The position numbers and the translations under genes were made by a program. Shown here one piece after another: positions 19,701 to 27,591 of a DNA stretch of 64,000 bases. This DNA comes from Candidatus Methylomirabilia bacterium. Lineage in GTDB: Bacteria; Methylomirabilota; Methylomirabilia; Rokubacteriales; CSP1-6. The stretch covers positions 1 through 64,000 of the forward strand of contig JBHIBG010000003.1 in assembly GCA_046758965.1 (NCBI GenBank), given 5' to 3'. Each line of letters starts with the position of its first letter. Position 1 is the first letter of the stretch. A model generated the notes under the pieces. It had not been told where the DNA came from, ran no database searches, and worked only from the letters and a program-made list of their open reading frames with translations.

Positions 19701-20206
19701 AAGAGGAGATCGTAGAAGGCAACCTCCGAGTGAGTCGGGAGCGTCGAGGACTTCGAGAACGGGTCATCCCCGGCGAGAGCGAGGACTCCGCCGTACCGGC
19801 CGACCCCGGCGAAGTTGGCGTGCCTGAAGATGTCGCCGCTGCGGTCGACCCCCGGCGCCTTGCCGTACCAGATCCCGAGCACGCCGTCGTACTTCGGCTT
19901 CGGATACAGGTTGGCGAGCTGGCTCCCGAAGATGGCGGTCGCGCCGAGGTCCTCGTTGACGCCCGAGATGAAGACGACGTGGTGCTGCCGGAGGAGCTCC
20001 CGGTTACGCTCGAGAGTGATGTCGAGTCCGCCGAGAGGGGAGCCGCGGTACCCGGAGATGAGGGTGGCGGTGCGAAGCCCCCGGCGCCTGTCGGCCCGGT
20101 GCTGGTCCAGAGGCAGCCGGACGAGCGCCTGGATCCCCGAGAGAAAGATCAGCCCCTCTTCCCGGTCGTACTTGGAGTCCAGCGACAAGCGCGTGGTGCT
20201 CAGCAT
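16742..20206 (-). CDS. Indolepyruvate:ferredoxin oxidoreductase family protein (fused alpha/beta)
   Basis: 'SGYRGSPLGG', 'FCSGCPHN', TPP motif 'GDGT...N', Fe-S 'CEGCGDC', 'GIGGTGVVT', 'KLMAYKDEYEVARL'. Confidence 0.93.
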   Translation of the reverse strand: MLSTTRLSLDSKYDREEGLIFLSGIQALVRLPLDQHRADRRRGLRTATLISGYRGSPLGGLDITLERNRELLRQHHVVFISGVNEDLGATAIFGSQLANLYPKPKYDGVLGIWYGKAPGVDRSGDIFRHANFAGVGRYGGVLALAGDDPFSKSSTLPTHSEVAFYDLLFPVLFPGSVQEVLDLGRLGFELSRYSGLWVGFKIVTDVADEVGTAEVSPNRVGVADPGFIYDGQPWRARQNPMLLPPFALETEREIHYGRLEAAKAFAAANGLNRISVPTPDAWLGIAAPGKTYYDLRQALQELGLDDHALRRYGIRLLKIGMLFPMEPGIVREFGRGLEELLVIEEKRAFTELFIRDILYDQAERPRVVGKRDEQGGVLVRADGELDADAIARIVAVRLERRLHLESITARVALLEALRERPTPLTLARQPYFCSGCPHNRSTVVPEGSLAGGGIGCHGMALAMNRGTVGITHMGGEGAQWVGIAPFTEMPHMFQNLGDGTLFHSGSLAIRQAVAAGTNITYKILYNSSVAMTGGQDAAGAVGVPGLTRQLEAEGVKRIIVMTDEPRAYPRGARWAAGVEIWHRDRLDEGQRMLRETPGVTALIYDQRCAAEKRRLRKRGKLPDPAMRIFINEAICEGCGDCGAKSNCLSVHPVETEFGRKTQIHQSSCNKDYSCLLGDCPSFLTVIPLGEPRKQERKGYAVDRELPEPALKVSRNPNLFLMGIGGTGVVTVNQILGTAALLDGRHVRGLDQTGLSQKAGPVVSHLKMSDRPSEVSNRIAAGEADCYLAFDILVATNPQHLDRARPDKTIAVVSTSQVPTGAMVSSTGVQFPDESGLITAINRLTRKDENVLVDALGLAEALFNDHMAANMILLGAAYQAGAIPVSAAAIEEAIALNGVAVQMNTQAFGVGRLLVADPEWVKTVERPRLGAVEVRPALTDEARALVDSVGATGELRRLLELRVPELIAYQSAAYARRYVEFVKQVVAAERAAAPGESRLSEGVARHLFKLMAYKDEYEVARLHLKPELAEALAAEFPGGVRIQYHLHPPILRALGWKRKVKLGKWFDRVFRLLVALRALRGTAADPFGYAKLRRVERALIGDYQVLVEKALASLSPESYERAVKLATLPDLIRGYEEIKLRSVERFWAEVRALGF

Positions 20207-20372
20207 AGTCGATCTCCCGCCGGCCTGCCGTGTCTCATCGCGCCCTGGTGCGAATCACGGCGCCGGGCTCAGGTGAGAACTCTCCCGACCACCCGCTCGG
20301 TCAACGCGCCCCATGCAGCTGGAAGTTCGGATCTGTCCACCGAACTACAGGTCCTCGGCTAGTGAGGCCTGG

Positions 20373-20741
20373 CTAACCTGTGGCAACAATCACCACAGGC
20401 ATACGAACAAGGCGGCGATGGCGCGAATCCACGGTAAAGCCTAAGCCCTCAAGGCTGTAAGCGCCAAGGAGCGGCTGGGTTGCCCGTTTGCCGAAGAGCA
20501 CAAGGGTCGTTACGGATCGGCCGTTTATATGCAAGCGTGCCTCGCCTACTTTCCACCGAGCCTTCCGCCCGTCGGCGAACTGCACTGTTTCCTCGCCGGT
20601 CGGCGAAACTCTCAATGCCGAGAGAACGTCTCGAGGGACCACGGTGAAGAAGGCACCCGTATCAACCAGAAAACGGAGCTTCCGCTGCCGCTTTGAATCA
20701 GCAGGAGGCGCTAACGTTCCCTCGACATAAAAGATTGCCAT
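20373..20741 (-). CDS. Clan AA (retropepsin-like) aspartyl protease
   Basis: 'FLVDTGA', 'FADG', 'LLGAYSLEGLG'; 122 aa. Confidence 0.85.
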   Translation of the reverse strand: MAIFYVEGTLAPPADSKRQRKLRFLVDTGAFFTVVPRDVLSALRVSPTGEETVQFADGRKARWKVGEARLHINGRSVTTLVLFGKRATQPLLGAYSLEGLGFTVDSRHRRLVRMPVVIVATG

Positions 20742-20756
20742 GGCGTTTTGATTTGA

Positions 20757-22070
20757 TTAACCGAGCCCCGGGAACCAGCGCAGCAGCGGCGAGCCCTCGA
20801 GCAGGATCCGATCCTCCCGCGTCGCGCCCGTCGAGACGAGACTGACCTCAACGCCGCTCAGCTCGGCCAGCCGTTCCAGATACTGCCGGGCCTTGGTGGG
20901 CAGCTCATCGTAGAATCGGAGGCCCCGGGTCGAGGAGAGCCACCCGGACATCTCCTCGTACACCGGCTCGGCTTCTCTCCAGATCCGCTCCTCCTCGGGA
21001 AACTCGGTGATCAGCTCGCCCCGGTAGCGGTAGCCCACGCAGATCTTGACGCTCTCGCACTCATCCAGCACGTCCAGCTTCGTCACCGCGACCGCATCCA
21101 GGCCGTTGACCCGAGAGGCGTAGCGGAGCACGACCGCATCGAACCAGCCGCAGCGGCGCGGCCGCCCCGTGGTGGCACCGTACTCGTTGCCCCGGGCGCG
21201 GAGGAGGTCCGCCAGCTCCCCGGTGAGCTCGGTGGGGAAGGGGCCGCGGCCGACGCGGGTCGTGTAGGCCTTGGCCACCCCGAGCACCCCGTGGATTCTG
21301 GTCGGCGGCACGCCCGTGCCCGTGGTGGCACCCCCCGCGGTGGTGCTCGAGGAGGTGATAAAGGGGTAGGTCCCGTGATCGATGTCGAGCATGGTCCCCT
21401 GCGCCCCCTCGAAGAGTACCGACTGGCCTTCCTCGATCCAGCGAGCGAGGAGGAGAGCGGTATCGGTGATGTAGGGAGCCAGCCACCCGGCGTAGCGGAG
21501 GTAGGGCCCCAGGATCTCCTCCACGGAGAAGGTCGGGGCATCGTAGATCTCCCGGAGCAGCCGGTTCTTCTCCCGGACGTTGGCTTCGAGCTTCTCACGG
21601 AACAGGGGCTCGTCCAGGAGGTCGGCCATCCGGATCCCCATCCGCGCCGCCTTGTCCATGTAGGCGGGCCCGACCCCGCGCCCGGTGGTGCCGATCCGGC
21701 GGCGCCCCAGCTTCGCCTCCGAGGCCAGATCGAGCGCCCGATGATACGGCAGGATCAGGTTGGCGTTCTTGGAGATGAAGAGGTTGCCGTCGAGGATCAC
21801 GCCCCGACGGACCAGCGCCTCCATCTCCTCGATCAGCGAGCCGGGGTCCACCACCACGCCACAGCCGATCACGCACCGGCACTGGCGGTGGAGGATCCCG
21901 GAGGGGATGGAGTGGAGCACGAACTTCTCCTTCCCCACCACCACGGTGTGACCGGCGTTGTTGCCGCCCTGGTAGCGGACCACCACCTCCGCGTGGGGAG
22001 CCAGAACATCCACGACCTTTCCCTTCCCCTCGTCGCCCCACTGGGTCCCGACCACCACGATGTTAGGCAC
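20757..22070 (-). CDS. purA: Adenylosuccinate synthetase
   Basis: GTG at 22070; 'QWGDEGKGK', 'GGNNAGHT', 'EGAQG', 'TTGRPRRCGW'. Confidence 0.97.
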   Translation of the reverse strand: MPNIVVVGTQWGDEGKGKVVDVLAPHAEVVVRYQGGNNAGHTVVVGKEKFVLHSIPSGILHRQCRCVIGCGVVVDPGSLIEEMEALVRRGVILDGNLFISKNANLILPYHRALDLASEAKLGRRRIGTTGRGVGPAYMDKAARMGIRMADLLDEPLFREKLEANVREKNRLLREIYDAPTFSVEEILGPYLRYAGWLAPYITDTALLLARWIEEGQSVLFEGAQGTMLDIDHGTYPFITSSSTTAGGATTGTGVPPTRIHGVLGVAKAYTTRVGRGPFPTELTGELADLLRARGNEYGATTGRPRRCGWFDAVVLRYASRVNGLDAVAVTKLDVLDECESVKICVGYRYRGELITEFPEEERIWREAEPVYEEMSGWLSSTRGLRFYDELPTKARQYLERLAELSGVEVSLVSTGATREDRILLEGSPLLRWFPGLG

Positions 22071-23382
22071 GGCCCGCTCCGCCGAGTCCGGGGAAGTGTG
22101 CCTGTGGCTCGTCGAGGAGGGCCGCCGCCACCACCACCCGCTCCACGCCGATCTCCAGCTCCCGGACCCACACCTGATCCGCCCCCGTCCTGGGGCCTCC
22201 CACCACCAGCACCCACCGCGCCCGCTGCCGGGCGGCGTAGGCCAACGACTCCTCGAGCCCCCGGGTGATGATGTCGCGCGCGACGGTGGCTCCCAGGCTG
22301 CGGAGCCGCCGCGACAGGGAGAGCGCGACGGTTTTCTCCTGGGTGAAGTCGATGATGAAGAAGTCGGGGCCGGGGAGCGGCACCACCACGCCCTGCGCCT
22401 CCATGGCGAGCAGGATCCGGTCCACGTCGAAGGCGAACCCCGTGGCCGGGCAGTCGAAGCCGAAGCGGCCCAGCATCTGGTCGTAGCGGCCGCCGCCGCA
22501 GAGATCCGTGCCGAGACCCGCGACGTACCCTTCGAAATGGACCCCGGAGTAGTAGTCGAACCCCCGGACCTCTCCCAGGTCCAGAATGATCGAGTCGGAC
22601 AGGCCGTAGACGCAGAGGAGGCGATAGACCTCCGCCAGGTTGGCCAGGGCGCGTTCGGACCGGGGATTCTTGACCAGGCCGCCGGCCCGCTCGAGCACCT
22701 CCTCCCGGCCGAAGAGCCCCGGAAGCGCCAGCAGCAGCTCGGCGGTGGCCGCCGGCGGAGAGAGCGCCGCGACGAGCTGCTCGAGGGCCGAGCCGTCCTT
22801 GCGCGAGAGCGCCTGCTGAAGCTCCCGTCCCCGCAGCCGGTCCGTCCGGAGCTCCTCGAGGATGCCGCGGAAGAAGTCGGCCTGGCCAACGTTGATCTGG
22901 AACTGCCCGAGGCCGAGCGCGCGGAGCCCCTCCACCGCCATCGCCACCATCTCCGCATCGGCCTCCGGCTGTTCGAGCCCCACGAGTTCCACGCCGGCCT
23001 GATAGAACTCCCGGTGGCGACCCAGCTGAGGATCGTCGTAGCGGAAGACATTTCCCACGTAGGCCAGCCGAAGGGGCTTCGGCTGATCCCTCAACCGTGT
23101 CGCGACGACGCGGGCGATCTGCGGCGTGATGTCGGCGCGAAGCGCCAGCATCCGGCCCGTCTCCCGGTCCACGAGCTTGAACATCCGCTCCTGAAGGTCC
23201 GCATCGGTTCCCAGGGAGAGGACGTCAAAGTACTCGTAGGTGGGAGTCACCACCTCCCGGAACCCCCATTGGCGAAAGACGGAGAGGACGCGCTCTTCCA
23301 CGTAGCGCTTGCGCGCCGCCTCGTCGGGCAGGTAGGTCTTGGCTCCCTTGGGGAGCTGGCTCGGGAGGACACGCCGGTCCAT
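22063..23382 (-). CDS. hisZ: ATP phosphoribosyltransferase regulatory subunit
   Basis: HisRS-like fold: 'LRADITPQIAR', 'REFYQAGVEL', 'DYYSG', 'GGGRYD'; overlaps the purA start. Confidence 0.88.
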   Translation of the reverse strand: MDRRVLPSQLPKGAKTYLPDEAARKRYVEERVLSVFRQWGFREVVTPTYEYFDVLSLGTDADLQERMFKLVDRETGRMLALRADITPQIARVVATRLRDQPKPLRLAYVGNVFRYDDPQLGRHREFYQAGVELVGLEQPEADAEMVAMAVEGLRALGLGQFQINVGQADFFRGILEELRTDRLRGRELQQALSRKDGSALEQLVAALSPPAATAELLLALPGLFGREEVLERAGGLVKNPRSERALANLAEVYRLLCVYGLSDSIILDLGEVRGFDYYSGVHFEGYVAGLGTDLCGGGRYDQMLGRFGFDCPATGFAFDVDRILLAMEAQGVVVPLPGPDFFIIDFTQEKTVALSLSRRLRSLGATVARDIITRGLEESLAYAARQRARWVLVVGGPRTGADQVWVRELEIGVERVVVAAALLDEPQAHFPGLGGAGRA

Positions 23383-23384
23383 GG

Positions 23385-24053
23385 CTAAGCCTGCCGGGGG
23401 ACGAGTGGCTCCGCGGCGCCCGTGGCCTCCCCCCGGGAGCCGTCCAAGTGAGCGAGCGTGTTGATCCGGTGCACGGTCACCCCGCCCCTCCGATACTCGA
23501 GCTCCGAGATACCCGTGGATGCCGCGTGAATGGACCAGAGCTCGGCAGGCGGCAGGCCGAGGGCCTCGAGGACGAGAAGCCGGATCGCGACCCCATGGGT
23601 GACCAGGCAGACGGTCTCCCCCGCGTGCGCCGCTCTGAGGCGCATGAGCCCCTCCAGCACGCGCCCCCGCACCTGAGCCAGGCTCTCTCCGTCCGGCATC
23701 GTGACGACCTGGGGACGCTCCTCCCAGGCCGCATACAGGTCGGGGAACTGAGCCTGCACTTCGGCCGCGGTAAGCCCCTCCCAGAGGCCGTGGCAGATCT
23801 CCCGGAAGGCAGGGTCGACGATGACAGGGAGAGCGTGAGGCCGGGCGATAGCCGCCGCCGTCTCCTGAGCCCGGCTGAGCGGGCTGGCGTAGATCGCCTT
23901 CAGCGGGAAGTCAGCCAGCGCACAACAGGCGGCCTCGGCCTGAGCCCGCCCCTCGGCGGACAGAGGGATATCCAGGCAGCCCTGGTAGCGCAACTCCCGG
24001 TTCCACTCAGTGAGGCCATGTCTCAGCGCGATCAGGCGAAAGCCCATCGTCAC
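23385..24053 (-). CDS. Histidine phosphatase family protein, probable metal-independent phosphoserine phosphatase
   Basis: 'LRHG', 'SPLSRA', 'REICHGLWEG', 'GES', 'VTHG'; near serA. Confidence 0.8.
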   Translation of the reverse strand: MTMGFRLIALRHGLTEWNRELRYQGCLDIPLSAEGRAQAEAACCALADFPLKAIYASPLSRAQETAAAIARPHALPVIVDPAFREICHGLWEGLTAAEVQAQFPDLYAAWEERPQVVTMPDGESLAQVRGRVLEGLMRLRAAHAGETVCLVTHGVAIRLLVLEALGLPPAELWSIHAASTGISELEYRRGGVTVHRINTLAHLDGSRGEATGAAEPLVPRQA

Positions 24054-24061
24054 ACCCCGGC

Positions 24062-24070
24062 ATTATACCA
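24062..24070 (-). promoter_or_regulatory. Extended -10 promoter for phosphatase-hisZ-purA
   Basis: Minus strand TGGTATAAT (consensus TGnTATAAT) ending 8 nt before the GTG at 24053. Confidence 0.65.
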
Positions 24071-24174
24071 GCCATTGAGGCCGGGAACGATCGCCCGGAG
24101 CGGCTTGACAGGAGCCTTGCATGAGGCAATCCTTGGGGGCACCGGGCAGCTCCCCTCAAGGAGGTCACTGACGG

Positions 24175-25059
24175 ATGAACGTTCTTCGAACTCCGGATGA
24201 TCGCTTTGAAACCCTCTCCGGCTACCCCTTCGAGGCCCGCTACGCCGAGGTCGAGGGGTTCAGGATCCACTATGTGGACGAGGGCGCGGGGGCGCCGGTG
24301 CTGATGCTCCACGGCGAGCCGACATGGTCGTACCTCTACCGCAAGATGATTCCCTTGATCGCCTCCCGCCACCGGGCGATCGCGCCCGACCTGATCGGCT
24401 TCGGGCGTTCGGACAAGCTTCCCGAGCCCTCAGAGTACAGCTACGCCCGGCACGTGGCGTGGATGACCGGCTTCATCGAGGCACTCGGTCTCGAGAGGAT
24501 CACCCTGGTCGGGCAGGACTGGGGAGGGCTGATCGGGCTCAGGGTGGTAGCCGAGCACCCCGACCGCTTCCGAGCCCTGGTCCTCATGAACACCGGCCTC
24601 CCCACGGGCGACGAGCCGCCCGGGGAGGCGTTCCTCCGGTGGCGCGGCTACTCGCAGCGCGTCCCGGACCTGCCGATCGGACGAGTCATCAGCGGGGGGT
24701 GCAAGTCCGAGCTCCCTCCCGAGGTGATCGCCGCGTACGAGGCCCCGTTTCCAGACGCCAGCTTCAAGGCCGGCGCGCGCGTCTTCCCCGCGCTCGTTCC
24801 CATCACGCCCGACGATCCGGCCGCGCCGGCGAACCGGGCCGCGTGGAAAGTCCTCGAAGGCTGGAGTCGGCCGGTGCAGCTCCTCTTCTCAGACGGCGAT
24901 CCGATCACCCGAGGCTGGGAGCCGGTGTTGAGGACGCGTATCCCCGGAGTGAAGGGGCAACCGGAGATCACCATCCGGGGTGCGGGGCACTTCCTTCAGG
25001 AGGACAAGGGCGAGGAGATCGCCCGAGAGATTCTGGCGTTCCTGGACCGCGCCGCGTAG
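24175..25059 (+). CDS. Haloalkane dehalogenase (alpha/beta hydrolase)
   Basis: 'LRTPDDRF', 'HGEPTWSYLYRKMI', nucleophile 'QDWGG', 'GHFLQED'. Confidence 0.9.
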   Translation: MNVLRTPDDRFETLSGYPFEARYAEVEGFRIHYVDEGAGAPVLMLHGEPTWSYLYRKMIPLIASRHRAIAPDLIGFGRSDKLPEPSEYSYARHVAWMTGFIEALGLERITLVGQDWGGLIGLRVVAEHPDRFRALVLMNTGLPTGDEPPGEAFLRWRGYSQRVPDLPIGRVISGGCKSELPPEVIAAYEAPFPDASFKAGARVFPALVPITPDDPAAPANRAAWKVLEGWSRPVQLLFSDGDPITRGWEPVLRTRIPGVKGQPEITIRGAGHFLQEDKGEEIAREILAFLDRAA

Positions 25060-25126
25060 CGCGGCCCTGTTCGGCTCATCCGTCAACCCGAAACCCCACT
25101 ATCCGGAACGAATCCGACAACCATCC

Positions 25127-25882
25127 TCACCCTTTGATCATCCCCAAACTCCGGGCGTACTCGCGGAGGGCCGATTTCACCGTCCCCTCAGCGATGATCT
25201 CTGCTGTGAGGCCGAACTCGTACTCGAGGCCGCTTCTGGCGTCCATGAAGGGCACCGTGCGAGCGGCACGCTTCACAGCCATGAGGGCCGGGAGCGGGTT
25301 CTGGGAGAGTCGCCGCGCTTCCTCCTTCGCCGTCTCCAGCAGTCGCTCCGCCGGGACCACCCGGTCGGCGAGGCCAATGGTCAAGGCCTCGGGCGCGCTC
25401 AGGGACTCTCCGGTCAGGGAGAGGTGAAGCGCCCGAGCCATGCCGATCCTGAGCCAGAGCTTAGCCATCAGCGGGTTGATCCCGAAGCGGACCTCCGGCC
25501 GTCCGAGCGAAGCGCTCTCTGCCGTCACAATGACATCCCCGGAGAGGGCGAGGTCGAAGCCGCCAGCGTACGCCACGCCCCCCACCGCCGTCACTAACGG
25601 CTTCTTGAAAAAATACGTTTTCTCCGTGAACTCGACGGCCCGGTGGGCAAAGGCCCGGAAGTCAGTGGCGAGCAGCTCCTTCAAGTCGAAGCCGGCGCTG
25701 AAGCACTCGATCCCGCCGGTGAGGACTCCGGCCTTGATCTGCTCGTTGCCCTCGAGGGCTTCCAGGCAGACCTCGAGCTCGTCTCGAAGCGCCATGCTGA
25801 GCGCGTTCTTCCGGGATTTCCGGTTCAGCTCCACGACCGCGATCGGAGGCTCTTCGGTCACCAGCAGGTATCGGTAGTTCAC
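25127..25882 (-). CDS. Enoyl-CoA hydratase/isomerase family protein
   Basis: GTG at 25882; 'KNALS', 'FSAGFDL', 'AYAGG', 'PEVRFG'. Confidence 0.85.
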   Translation of the reverse strand: MNYRYLLVTEEPPIAVVELNRKSRKNALSMALRDELEVCLEALEGNEQIKAGVLTGGIECFSAGFDLKELLATDFRAFAHRAVEFTEKTYFFKKPLVTAVGGVAYAGGFDLALSGDVIVTAESASLGRPEVRFGINPLMAKLWLRIGMARALHLSLTGESLSAPEALTIGLADRVVPAERLLETAKEEARRLSQNPLPALMAVKRAARTVPFMDARSGLEYEFGLTAEIIAEGTVKSALREYARSLGMIKG

Positions 25883-26007
25883 TGGGTCACCTGCCCCCCT
25901 CCTGCCAGTCCAGGAGAAGCCGCCGACTTCCTCAGCCTCCTCCTGCCCGGTCCCTGGCGAACTCTCCAAGGCCGGGAGAGGACCGGCTGACACCACCCGG
26001 GGAACGG

Positions 26008-27591
26008 CTACAGCTTGACGAGCTTGGCCGAAACGATGTCGGGCATCGCCCGGATTTCGGCCAGCACCGGGTCGGGGATGGGATCGTCCAGGTTGAGGAT
26101 CGACACCGCCCGACCTCCCCGGCGCTCGCGGCCGAGCCGCATGCCGGCGATGTTGATCTGGTGGAGACCGCAGAGCGTGCCGATCCGGCCGATGACGCCG
26201 GGCACGTCCAAGTTGGAGAAGATCAGCATCCACCCCGAAGGGACCGCCTCCAGGGGATAGCCGTCGATCCGGAGAATCCGGGGCTCTCGCCGGTGGAAGA
26301 GCGTGCCGGCCACCCCCCAGGCGCCCCTGTCGGTCGAAAGCTCGGTCGAGATCAAGCTCGCGTAGTCCTCGCACTCGGTGGCGGAGGCTTCCACCACGCG
26401 GATTCCCCGGGCCTTGGCCAGGGTTGGCGCGTTCACGTCGGTGACGTTCTCCTCCAGGATCACGGAGAGGAGCCCTTTGAGGAAGGTGACGGTGAGAAGC
26501 TCGGTTTTCAGCCCCGCCACCTCCCCGGCGTACTCGATTCGCGCCTCCCGCATCCGACCTTCGGCGATCTGAGCGAGAAAGCTCCCCAGCTTTTCCGCCA
26601 GCATCAGGTAGGGCGCCAACTCCTTGTAGGTCTCGGCGTCTACCGACGGGACGTTCACGGCGTTCCGCGTGATCCCCCGCACCAGGACATCGGCGACCTG
26701 CTGGGCGATGGCGAGGGCCACCTGGGTCTGGGCCTCCTCGGTGGAGGCGCCCAGATGGGGGGTGATGACCATCTGATCCAGGGCGAGCAGCGGGTGGTCC
26801 GGTGGGAGCGGCTCCAGCTCGAAGACGTCGAGCGCGGCGCCGGCCACGCGTCCGCTCTCGATCGCTTCGATCAGGGCCATCTCGTTGATGACCCCGCCGC
26901 GGGCGCAGTTGATCAGGCGGACGCCCTGCTTCATCCGGGCGAACTGGGCCGGGCCGAGGAAGTTCCGCGTCTCCTTGGTGAGCGGCGTATGGACGGAGAT
27001 GAAGTCGGAGCGCTCGAGGAGCTCATCCAGCTCGACCACCTCCACCCCGATCTTCTGCGCGGTCTCAGCAGTCAGGTAAGGGTCGTAGGTGATGACCTGC
27101 ATGCGAAGCCCGAGGGCGCGCCGGGCCACCTCCGAGCCGATCCGGCCGAGCCCGATGATCCCGAGGATCTTGTTGTAGAGCTCGACGCCGGCGAAGCGCG
27201 CCTTCTCCCACCTGCCGCCCTTGAGCGCCCCGTGGGCCTGGGGGAGCTTCCGGGCCAGGGCCAGGAGAAGGCCGATCGCGTGCTCGGCCACCGCGATGGT
27301 GTTGGCCCCGGGAGCGTTCATCACGATGATCCCGCGCTGGCTGGCCGCCTCGACATCAATGTTGTCCACGCCGGCTCCGGCTCGCCCCACGACGACCAGA
27401 TCGCGGGCCGCCTCCAGGACCTTGGCGGTCACCTTGGTGGCGCTGCGCACGATCAGCCCCTCGACATCCGCGATCCGGCCGCAGAGCTCGGCTTCGGGGA
27501 GCGCGCCGGCCACCTCGACCAGAAGACCCTCCTTGCGGAGGGCCTCACCGCCGACCTCGTGGAGCCCGTCGGTGATAAGCACTTTCTTCAT
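26008..27591 (-). CDS. serA: D-3-phosphoglycerate dehydrogenase
   Basis: 'GRAGAGVDNID', 'GLGRIG', 'NCARGG', 'TPHLGAST'; ASB and ACT tail. Confidence 0.96.
   Translation of the reverse strand: MKKVLITDGLHEVGGEALRKEGLLVEVAGALPEAELCGRIADVEGLIVRSATKVTAKVLEAARDLVVVGRAGAGVDNIDVEAASQRGIIVMNAPGANTIAVAEHAIGLLLALARKLPQAHGALKGGRWEKARFAGVELYNKILGIIGLGRIGSEVARRALGLRMQVITYDPYLTAETAQKIGVEVVELDELLERSDFISVHTPLTKETRNFLGPAQFARMKQGVRLINCARGGVINEMALIEAIESGRVAGAALDVFELEPLPPDHPLLALDQMVITPHLGASTEEAQTQVALAIAQQVADVLVRGITRNAVNVPSVDAETYKELAPYLMLAEKLGSFLAQIAEGRMREARIEYAGEVAGLKTELLTVTFLKGLLSVILEENVTDVNAPTLAKARGIRVVEASATECEDYASLISTELSTDRGAWGVAGTLFHRREPRILRIDGYPLEAVPSGWMLIFSNLDVPGVIGRIGTLCGLHQINIAGMRLGRERRGGRAVSILNLDDPIPDPVLAEIRAMPDIVSAKLVKL

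Noticed and set aside
18215..20362. Long antisense ORFs (715 aa here; also 26161-27936, 30187-31950, 42872-44398 and others)
   Set aside because: Shadow frames opposite well-supported genes, expected in high-GC DNA; no recognisable motifs.
20757..23051. 764-aa ORF suggesting an N-terminally extended or fused PurA
   Set aside because: The extension is an alternative frame of hisZ with low-complexity Ser/Arg/Trp content; PurA motifs begin at GTG 22070.
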